Shown: positions 1 to 7,065 of the stretch, in pieces | Numbering within the stretch: position 1 is the stretch's first letter | How the letters are laid out: each line of letters opens with the position of its first letter | DNA from: Acaryochloris marina MBIC11017 | Lineage (GTDB): Bacteria > Cyanobacteriota > Cyanobacteriia > Thermosynechococcales > Thermosynechococcaceae | Direction: 5' to 3' | NCBI RefSeq assembly: GCF_000018105.1 | Contig: NC_009925.1 | Span: forward strand, 3,210,001 to 3,242,000 | DNA length: 32,000 bases | The notes under the pieces: generated by a model | Told to the model about the DNA's origin: nothing | The model's input: the letters and a program-made list of their open reading frames with translations, nothing else | Database searches by the model: none | Made by a program: the position numbers and the translations under genes

Positions 1-73
1 AATAGGGTTAGCAGTGTCGAAATGAATATCTTGGTAATGCTTGGAACTGCCTTGTGAAAGTTACATCTTCTCA

Positions 74-106
74 GAAAGAAGGGTATGGTAACTATACTCT
101 TCCTTC
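74..106 (+). terminator. Imperfect stem-loop (13-nt arms GAAAGAAGGGTAT / ATACTCTTCCTTC, 7-nt loop). It may be the terminator of an upstream gene outside the window, or a 5' leader structure.
   Basis: Arms pair at 11 of 13 positions plus one G-U. The stem is followed by the T-rich run gtttatcctttc. No ORF lies in 1-192. Confidence 0.25.
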
Positions 107-192
107 GTTTATCCTTTCATCTGTTTTATTCCTATAGTCTCTAGATTGATCTTTAGACTTGAATAACTCTCTCTATTAAGAGTATTTTTGAT

Positions 193-945
193 ATGATCTC
201 TGCTCTACCGATTGTGGATAAAACTGTTCAACCCTCTGATTTAATTCCTTTACTTGGACAGTATCAGCTTCTGCCTCAGTTGCTGAAAGAACTGATTATT
301 GACCAAGTGATTCAGGATGTGCAATTAAGCTCAGAAGAAGTTGTTCAGGCTGTAGAGCAGTTCTATCGCCAGTATCAAATTGGTGAGGAAGCTAGGCGTG
401 AGGCCTGGCTAACGCATTACCGGATGACGCCTCAGCAACTGGCGGCCCAAGCTCAACGGCAGATGAAGTTGTATAAATTCAAACTCCAGACTTGGAATAA
501 CCAGGTAGAGTCTGATTTTCTGCAGCAGAAAGGGCAGTTCGATCAATACGTTTATTCCTTGATCCGAGTCGCAAGTGCTGAAGTGGCTCAAGAGTTGTAC
601 TTTCGGCTACAAGCGGGTGAACAAGCATTTGCAGATTTGGCAACCAAATATTCTCAAGGGCCTGAAGCACAAACAGGTGGTTTGATTGGTCCTGTCACGG
701 CTGCTAATCTGCACCCCACATTAGTGCAAATTCTGACCAGCGCTCAACCGGGGCAAGTACGCCCACCCATTCGTTTAGGTGAATGGTTTGTGATTGTCAG
801 CTTGCAAAAATTGATCTCGGCTCAACTAGATGCCCCACTTCGACAACAATTGCTAGAGCAGCGCTTTAATGAGTGGCTGCAATTGCAACTGCAATCTGTT
901 GTTGTATCTGATGATTCTATTGCTGTTTCTGCGCAAACACCATGA
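193..945 (+). CDS. Parvulin (PpiC)-type peptidyl-prolyl cis-trans isomerase with a SurA-N-like helical N-terminal part. No signal peptide is visible.
   Basis: 250-aa ORF. The C-terminal half (FADLATKYSQGPEAQTGGLIGPV...GEWFVIVSLQKL) looks like a rotamase/parvulin domain. Its stop overlaps the next start (ATGA at 942-945). Confidence 0.8.
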   Translation: MISALPIVDKTVQPSDLIPLLGQYQLLPQLLKELIIDQVIQDVQLSSEEVVQAVEQFYRQYQIGEEARREAWLTHYRMTPQQLAAQAQRQMKLYKFKLQTWNNQVESDFLQQKGQFDQYVYSLIRVASAEVAQELYFRLQAGEQAFADLATKYSQGPEAQTGGLIGPVTAANLHPTLVQILTSAQPGQVRPPIRLGEWFVIVSLQKLISAQLDAPLRQQLLEQRFNEWLQLQLQSVVVSDDSIAVSAQTP

Positions 946-3899
946 CTTCAGCTATCCTTGCCCTAGAATCTTTTCTCAAAGATCTGCCCGGTTTTGACCA
1001 GCTGTCAGAAGCGGTTTTATCTTCGGTGGCGAAAGAGTTTCAACCGTTGCGCTATCCCATGGGCCGTCCGCTGGTCTCTAACCGGGCTATGCCCCAAGAC
1101 TTTACCCTCATCTATCAAGGGCAGGTGCGGCTATTAGGCTATGATCCCCGAACCGATGCTCCAGTGACCCTCAGTCTATTGGGACCAGGTGCTGCAGTGG
1201 GATGGATTAGTCTCGTGCGCCAAATTCCTTGTGAGACAGCCATTGCTTCGGTAGAAACAGTGGGCTTGAAGTTGCCCGCTGCGACCTTTTTAGAGCTGCT
1301 AGACCATGAACCGAGCATTGCCCAAGTCTATGAGCAGCAGCCCAGTGTCTTAGAAGCGTTTGAGGTCCTTGGTCAACAGTTATTGATACGGGCGGATGGT
1401 TCGACGGACCTCAAACGATTGGCAGAACGAGCGTTACCCGACAGTTTGATTCAAAACCGCCCCATACGAGATATCTCCATTGCCCAATTACAACCGAATT
1501 TGGAATGGTTTGTGAGTGGCGGGTCTATTCCTGACTTAGAAGTTGGGCAACCCTTGGAAACTTGTCTAGAGCAGCTCAATGGCACGGTCTCACGTTCAGA
1601 AACGCTCCGGTTGATTGGCTTATCGCCCATCAAGGCCCAGCAGCCAAAGATTGAGCCAGTGGCATCTGCTCCGCAAACCGATGCGTGGGAGGAGATTCCA
1701 GAAGCACCGACGTTGCTGCCTACGGTGGATGAAGCCCCGGTCAAGCATGGCAAATATCCCTTTAAATCAGGTCGGGGTCCTGTTGATGCTCCGCTGGCCT
1801 GTTTTCAAATGCTGGCGCTGCATCTCAACTTGCCATTTCGCAAAGATGTGATTCGACGGATTCTCAAAAACCAAACGGAGCGGAATGGTCCGGGAATTTC
1901 CCTACCGGTCTATGGTGCGATCGCAGAATCGATGGGCTTGCGTGCTCAACTCGTGGAAACTCCTGCCTCAGCTTTTCCTCGCCTTCCCGTTCCTGCTTTG
2001 ATCAACTGGCAGGATCGCATTGCGCTGGTGTATGAAACTGGCTCAAAAGAAATTGTGTTTGCGGTGCCAGAGCAAACCATGCTCCGCAAGCATCCAGATG
2101 ATTTTCTAGAAGCTTTTGATGACAAGGTGCAGGTGCTGCTGTTAGAGCGCACCCATGATACGCCTCAAAGTCGTTTTAATCTGAGTTGGTTTTGGCCGTC
2201 GATTAAGAAGCACCGTAAGGTTTTGATTGAGGTGTTGATTGCCTCGTTCTTTGTGCAATTGTTTGGCTTAGCGAATCCGCTGATTACGCAAGTCATTATC
2301 GATAAAGTCCTATCCCAAGGGGCTCTTGGAACCCTGAACGTGCTGGGTTTGTTACTGGTTGGTGTGGCTATTTTTGAAGCCTTGCTGACGAGTTTTCGAA
2401 CCTATCTGTTTGTGGATACCACCAATCGGATTGATATGTCTTTGGGGGCAGAGGTCATCGATCACTTGGTGCGTTTACCCCTACGCTATTTTGATAAGCG
2501 GCCTGTGGGAGAGCTAGCCACCCGAGTCAATGAATTGGAGAATATCCGTAAATTCTTGACGGGGACTGCCTTGACGGTGGTATTGGATGCGGTGTTCTCT
2601 GTGGTGTACATCGTTGTCATGGTGTTTTACAGCTGGCTGCTGACGATTATTGCCCTAGGCACAGTGCCGCTGTTTGCCTTGCTAACGTTTATCTTTGCAC
2701 CGATTATTCGCCGCTTGGCTCGGACCAAGGCTGAAGAAAATGCCAAAACCCAGTCTTACCTGGTGGAAGTTGTTTCGGGTATTCAAACGGTTAAGGCCCA
2801 GAATATTGAGCTGAAATCTCGCTGGCAGTGGCAAGATCGCTATGCTCGCTATGTCAGCTCCGGATTTAAGGCGGTGGTGGCGTCTACCACGGCGGGTTCC
2901 ATGAGCGGCTTTTTGAATAAATTATCCAGCTTGCTCCTGCTGTGGGTTGGAGCCTATCTATTTATTCAAGGGCAACTGACCGTGGGCGAATTGATTGCTT
3001 TTCGTATCATTGCGGGTTATACCACTGGTCCTTTGCTCCGCTTAGTGCAGCTATGGCAGAACTTCCAAGAAACGGCGCTTTCTCTAGAGCGCTTGAGTGA
3101 CATTCTCGATTACCCCCAAGAGGTGACTGAAGCGGACCGAGATTTAATTCCCATGCCGCTGATGGAGGGGGCGGTTAAATTTGATGAGTTATCTTTCCGA
3201 TTTAAGGACCATGGACCGATGCAGTTGCAGCAGGTGTCTTTGGAAGTCCCTGCTAAGACCTTTGTGGGTATTGTCGGTCAGAGTGGTTCAGGTAAGAGTA
3301 CCTTAATGAAGCTCTTGATGCGGCTTTATAACGCGAATGGAGGACGGATTTTAGTCGACCAGTATGACATTAGTAAGGTCGAGTTATATTCTCTCCGGCG
3401 TCAAATTGGCATGGTGCTACAAGACAGTTTGCTGTTTGATGGCACGGTCCAAGAGAATATTGCTTTATCCTCTCCCGATGCAACGGCGGAAGAAATTGTG
3501 GAAGCCGCCAAAGTGGCCTATGCCCATGATTTCATTATGGAGCTGCCCCAAGGCTATAACTCCCGAGTCGGTGAGCGGGGGTCATCTTTGTCTGGTGGCC
3601 AACGGCAACGGATTGCGATCGCACGTATGGTATTGCAAAATCCCCAGCTCATTATTCTGGATGAAGCCACGAGTGCACTAGATTACAACGCTGAGCGCCA
3701 AGTTTGCCTTAACTTAGCAGAAGCCTTTGGCGATCGCACCGTCTTTTTCGTCACTCACCGTCTCAAAACGTTGGAATCTGCGGATATGATTCTGATGATG
3801 GATCAGGGCAATCTAGTAGAACAAGGTACCCATGCTGAATTGATGCAGCAAAAAGGTCGATATTACTGGCTATACCAGCAACAGGAGATTCAATCATGA
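942..3899 (+). CDS. Type I secretion ABC exporter (HlyB-like). Domain order is cNMP-binding-like, C39-like (apparently non-catalytic), 6-TM ABC membrane domain, then ATPase.
   Basis: 985-aa ORF. Walker A is GQSGSGKST, the ABC signature is LSGGQRQRIAIAR and Walker B is LIILDEATSALD. A CNB-fold segment lies around aa 30-125. A C39-like segment (aa ~270-380) aligns by eye to ComA/HlyB N-domains. ATGA overlaps occur at both ends. Confidence 0.92.
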   Translation: MTSAILALESFLKDLPGFDQLSEAVLSSVAKEFQPLRYPMGRPLVSNRAMPQDFTLIYQGQVRLLGYDPRTDAPVTLSLLGPGAAVGWISLVRQIPCETAIASVETVGLKLPAATFLELLDHEPSIAQVYEQQPSVLEAFEVLGQQLLIRADGSTDLKRLAERALPDSLIQNRPIRDISIAQLQPNLEWFVSGGSIPDLEVGQPLETCLEQLNGTVSRSETLRLIGLSPIKAQQPKIEPVASAPQTDAWEEIPEAPTLLPTVDEAPVKHGKYPFKSGRGPVDAPLACFQMLALHLNLPFRKDVIRRILKNQTERNGPGISLPVYGAIAESMGLRAQLVETPASAFPRLPVPALINWQDRIALVYETGSKEIVFAVPEQTMLRKHPDDFLEAFDDKVQVLLLERTHDTPQSRFNLSWFWPSIKKHRKVLIEVLIASFFVQLFGLANPLITQVIIDKVLSQGALGTLNVLGLLLVGVAIFEALLTSFRTYLFVDTTNRIDMSLGAEVIDHLVRLPLRYFDKRPVGELATRVNELENIRKFLTGTALTVVLDAVFSVVYIVVMVFYSWLLTIIALGTVPLFALLTFIFAPIIRRLARTKAEENAKTQSYLVEVVSGIQTVKAQNIELKSRWQWQDRYARYVSSGFKAVVASTTAGSMSGFLNKLSSLLLLWVGAYLFIQGQLTVGELIAFRIIAGYTTGPLLRLVQLWQNFQETALSLERLSDILDYPQEVTEADRDLIPMPLMEGAVKFDELSFRFKDHGPMQLQQVSLEVPAKTFVGIVGQSGSGKSTLMKLLMRLYNANGGRILVDQYDISKVELYSLRRQIGMVLQDSLLFDGTVQENIALSSPDATAEEIVEAAKVAYAHDFIMELPQGYNSRVGERGSSLSGGQRQRIAIARMVLQNPQLIILDEATSALDYNAERQVCLNLAEAFGDRTVFFVTHRLKTLESADMILMMDQGNLVEQGTHAELMQQKGRYYWLYQQQEIQS

Positions 3900-5491
3900 C
3901 CAGTACTCAAGATTTCGCTGGCGACCCCACCAAACTGAATGGGACGAATGGAAATAACGGCAATGGATCTGAGCCAACGGTCCTGTCCCTGACTAAATCA
4001 GAGCCCAAAAAAGAAAAACCCTTTGATCGGCCAGTTATTCTGCAGCAATCTCCGTTTTGGTCTAGAGCCATCATTTATGGAATTGTAGGGGCGGCTGCAG
4101 CAGCATTGGCATGGGCCTGCTTGTTTGAAATTGAAGAAGCTATTCCTGCCACGGGACAGCTCGAACCCAAGGGGGCCGTTAAGGCTGTACAATCCCCTGT
4201 GACTGGTGTGGTTAAAGAGATTAAGGTCGAAGAAGGAGACCTGGTGAAGAAAGGGGACGTTTTAATTGTTCTCAATCGTAAAGCAACGCGATCAGAGATC
4301 AATTCCCTAAAACGCCAGCGTCGTAACCTAGTGCAAGTCAACGAGTATTATCGCCAACAGCTGAAAGGACAAACCGATACCCCCTTGCCGGATTTAATTG
4401 ATCCCGAGTTGATTAATTCCACCCGCGATCGCCAATCTTTAGTGGCGGAAAATAAATTATTTAGAGCCCAGCTGAATGGTGCTAATAATGCTCAAGCCTT
4501 TTCCGCAGAAGAGCGGCAGCGTTTAAATTCAGGTCTGCTGCAAGGAAAAACAAGCGTGGCGGCTGCCCAAGCCCGAGTCATGCAAGGGGATAAACAGCTT
4601 CGCCAAATTGAGGTCCAGCTAGAACAGACCAAAATTCAGCTGGCGAGTGCCCAACAGACTTTAGCCCTCAACAAAGAAATTGTCGCAGATATTGAAGATG
4701 CCCATAAGAAAGGGGCTATTGCTCGGGTTCAATTCAAGCGCCAAGAAGATGAAGTGCAGTCTGGTGAAGCCGAGGTCTCTCGCTTACAACAGGAACAGAT
4801 TCGCCTCTTGCGGCAAATGGAGCAGATTGGACAAGAAAAACTACAGTCTCAAGCCCAAGCGCTTAATACGGTAGCGACGAATCAGCGAGATTTACTAGAC
4901 CGAATCGCCGCTAATCAACAGCGTATTACTGAAATTGACAGTCAGCTGACCAAGGCCATTGTCGATAATCAGAGAACCATCGCTGATCTTGAAAATCGGC
5001 TACAGCAAGCAGAATTAACCCTGGATTACCAAGAGCTGAAAGCACCAGTCGCTGGGGTTGTGTTTGATTTGCAGCCCAGTTCACCGGGCTTTGTGGCAAA
5101 TGCGAGTGAACCCATTTTAAAAATTGTCCCTGAGGATAATTTGAAAGCCAAAGTTTACATTACCAATAAAGATATTGGCTTTATCCAGACTGGTATGCCT
5201 GTAGATGTCAGAGTAGATTCCTATAACTTTAGTGAATTTGGTGACATTAAAGGCACCATTGAATCCATTGGCTCAGATGCCTTGCCTCCTACAGAAGTGC
5301 GACAGTTTTATAGTTTTCCCGCCGTTGTTAAATTAGATACTCAAACTTTGAAGACCAGGGGCCGCCGTGAATTAGACTTGCAATCTGGAATGTCGGTCAG
5401 TGTCAATATCAAAGTCCGCGATCGACCGATTATTAGCTTGATTACTGATCGCTTTTCCAGAGAAGAGGATGGCATTAAGCATTTGCGCTAA
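3896..5491 (+). CDS. HlyD-family membrane fusion protein (periplasmic adaptor) of a T1SS.
   Basis: 531-aa ORF with an N-terminal TM helix (AIIYGIVGAAAAALAWACLF), a lipoyl-like motif (GVVKEIKVEEGDLVKKGDVLI), a long Q/E-rich coiled coil and a C-terminal beta-barrel part (LKAPVAGVVFDL...). It is translationally coupled to the ABC gene. Confidence 0.9.
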   Translation: MTSTQDFAGDPTKLNGTNGNNGNGSEPTVLSLTKSEPKKEKPFDRPVILQQSPFWSRAIIYGIVGAAAAALAWACLFEIEEAIPATGQLEPKGAVKAVQSPVTGVVKEIKVEEGDLVKKGDVLIVLNRKATRSEINSLKRQRRNLVQVNEYYRQQLKGQTDTPLPDLIDPELINSTRDRQSLVAENKLFRAQLNGANNAQAFSAEERQRLNSGLLQGKTSVAAAQARVMQGDKQLRQIEVQLEQTKIQLASAQQTLALNKEIVADIEDAHKKGAIARVQFKRQEDEVQSGEAEVSRLQQEQIRLLRQMEQIGQEKLQSQAQALNTVATNQRDLLDRIAANQQRITEIDSQLTKAIVDNQRTIADLENRLQQAELTLDYQELKAPVAGVVFDLQPSSPGFVANASEPILKIVPEDNLKAKVYITNKDIGFIQTGMPVDVRVDSYNFSEFGDIKGTIESIGSDALPPTEVRQFYSFPAVVKLDTQTLKTRGRRELDLQSGMSVSVNIKVRDRPIISLITDRFSREEDGIKHLR

Positions 5492-5540
5492 GTCATAAAA
5501 GTCTCGGCTGAGTAGCCCCTGGTGACGAGATCAGTGAGTC

Positions 5541-5571
5541 AAATAAAAACCCTAACGAAATACCGTTAGGG
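5541..5571 (-). terminator. Rho-independent terminator for the minus-strand small ORF.
   Basis: 8-bp stem CCCTAACG / CGTTAGGG (5550-5557 and 5564-5571) with a 6-nt loop. On the minus strand the stem is followed by TTTTTATTT. The plus strand has no T tract after it. Confidence 0.6.
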
Positions 5572-5620
5572 CCAAGAGATCGATATTGGATTCAGAATAG
5601 TTCAAGCGTTATGGCGGAGC

Positions 5621-5848
5621 TTAAGCTGCTATCCTCGCCAATTTATTGCTGGATAACTCTTCTAGGGTTTCGAGCTCTAGAGACTCGTTCATGCTATCTA
5701 CATCTAGATCGAGCAGTATAAAACTGTTGATTTCTGCGTCAGATAAAAAGAGAGACTGTTCAGAATGGAAAACAGTGGTGTTTAACGTGTTAAGAAGAGT
5801 CATAGTCTGAATATTTTGGAGAAGTGCCATCTGAGAGGTCATGGTCAT
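5621..5848 (-). CDS. Hypothetical small acidic protein (75 aa), convergent with the T1SS operon.
   Basis: The ORF has 11 Asp/Glu against 2 Lys/Arg and no Gly, Pro, Cys, Trp or Tyr. A dedicated minus-strand terminator lies downstream and a palindrome lies upstream. I recognise no homology. Confidence 0.4.
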   Translation of the reverse strand: MTMTSQMALLQNIQTMTLLNTLNTTVFHSEQSLFLSDAEINSFILLDLDVDSMNESLELETLEELSSNKLARIAA

Positions 5849-5898
5849 TGGGGGAGTGTGGGTTGGTTGCTTATAGATATAGACTAGCCATTACAGTA

Positions 5899-5915
5899 AG
5901 CTTGAGAGTCAAGCT
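5899..5915. promoter_or_regulatory. Perfect 7-3-7 palindrome AGCTTGA-GAG-TCAAGCT upstream of the small acidic ORF. Candidate operator.
   Basis: Read directly from the sequence. It lies 51-67 nt upstream of the ATG at 5848 on the minus strand. Confidence 0.25.
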
Positions 5916-5996
5916 AAATTGGTATAAGAATAAGTTATACTTTGAAACTCAATCCTATACTGATCGTTAAAACTATTGATCTACAAAGCTTTTATG

Positions 5997-6954
5997 TATA
6001 GCAGTCGCCATTCTATTCAGGACACTAGATGTAGAACATGTTCCATTGCTTCTCTGAGAGATCCAAAATGTTCTAATTGGTGACGGATGCGACTTTTAAT
6101 CCAAGACCAAGACCGCTCAATCTTGTTCAAGTCAGGGGAATAAGGCGGTAAATACCAAACCTCACATCCTGCTTTTTCCACTAATTCCTGTATTTGTCCT
6201 CCCTTGTGAAAAGTGGCATTATCTATCACCAGCTTCTGCCCAGGCTTGAGCACGGGTATCAAGCAACGCTCTAGCCAAAGTTCAAACACAGTCCGATTGC
6301 AAGCTCCTTCGATCGTGAACGGTGCCATCAACTGCTTTGCTCTCAACGCCGCAATCATATTGACTCGGCCGCTTCTACGCCCAGTCTTCAAAGCATAAAC
6401 CCGCTCACCTTTGGGGCCATAAGCATAGTCATACTCGTCTCGATGATCCATGCCCGACTCATCCGCATAGACGATATCGTCTGGGTCCACGGTACTCAGA
6501 CGTTTGATGAACGCTGCCCGTTTGTGCTTATCTCGTTCTCGGTACCCATATGTTTTTTTTTCGAGTAAATCCGATTTTCTGGAGGGCTCTTGAGATGGTT
6601 CGATCACTAATCTCTCCATCCCATAGTTGAGCCATCTGAGCTTGGGTTTTATGACGATGCTTGTGGGCAAACGCTCGAAACTTGTCCCAGTCAGTGATTT
6701 TATGGCTATGGCCAGGATGATGGACTGGCTTGGGATGCAAATCACCCGTTTCCGCCTTGAGGTGTTGCCATTGGTTAATGGTGTTACGACTGATATCGAA
6801 CAGCTCACTAGCCTCAGAAGGGCGCATCCCATCTAGCTCAATCGCATCTATCACTTTGCAACGTAGGTCGTAACTATAAATTTTGGGCATCACACAGGAG
6901 AAGGAATAAAATACTTCTCTAGTTTAAGTCCTTCTCAATATGGCGACTGCTATA
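5997..6954 (-). mobile_element. IS630/Tc1-mariner family insertion sequence (ISY100-like, about 0.95 kb) with terminal inverted repeats and flanking TA.
   Basis: TATAGCAGTCGCCAT at 5997-6011 is the exact reverse complement of 6940-6954. The imperfect inverted repeat extends to about 27 nt, ending in AGGAC on both sides. A TA dinucleotide lies at each outer edge, consistent with TA target duplication. The element encloses a DDE transposase. Confidence 0.85.
6017..6893 (-). CDS. IS630-family transposase (HTH N-domain plus DD34E catalytic domain), split into two frames at an A9 tract.
   Basis: orfA (6528-6893) ends ...QKIGFTRKKNIW. orfB (6017-6832) continues ...KKTYGYRERD with DESG, DNATFH and, 34 residues on, the E of NKIE. 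The frames join at the A9 run (T9 on plus, 6553-6561). Removing one A gives one continuous ORF of about 291 aa. Confidence 0.85.
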
Positions 6955-6992
6955 TGTGTAATGTCTATTTTGACGATATACATCGTATAAAT

Positions 6993-7032
6993 AAAAAAAC
7001 TGCTCTGGCATAACCAGAGCAGTTTTCGTTTT
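6993..7032 (-). terminator. Bidirectional Rho-independent terminator downstream of the giant RTX gene.
   Basis: 9-bp perfect stem CTGCTCTGG / CCAGAGCAG (7000-7008 and 7014-7022) with a 5-nt loop. It is flanked by A7 (6993-6999) and TTTTCGTTTT (7023-7032), so a U tract follows on either strand. Confidence 0.75.
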
Positions 7033-7065
7033 AAGCCTTATGGATTAAATGATGTAGATTCAACG

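Noticed and set aside
5621-5848. The small ORF as a double-glycine-leader bacteriocin precursor for the adjacent peptidase-domain ABC transporter (segments LSDAEINSF and LEELSSNKLARIAA resemble leader motifs).
   Set aside because: There is no GG or GA cleavage motif followed by a core peptide, since the ORF stops right after IAA. The transporter's C39-like domain also appears to lack the catalytic Cys/His, so leader processing is unlikely. I kept it only as a low-confidence accessory or cargo candidate.
6528-6893. A classical programmed -1 ribosomal frameshift joining the two transposase frames.
   Set aside because: The frame relationship at the A9 tract requires +1 or -2, not -1. A one-base homopolymer indel or transcriptional slippage explains it better.
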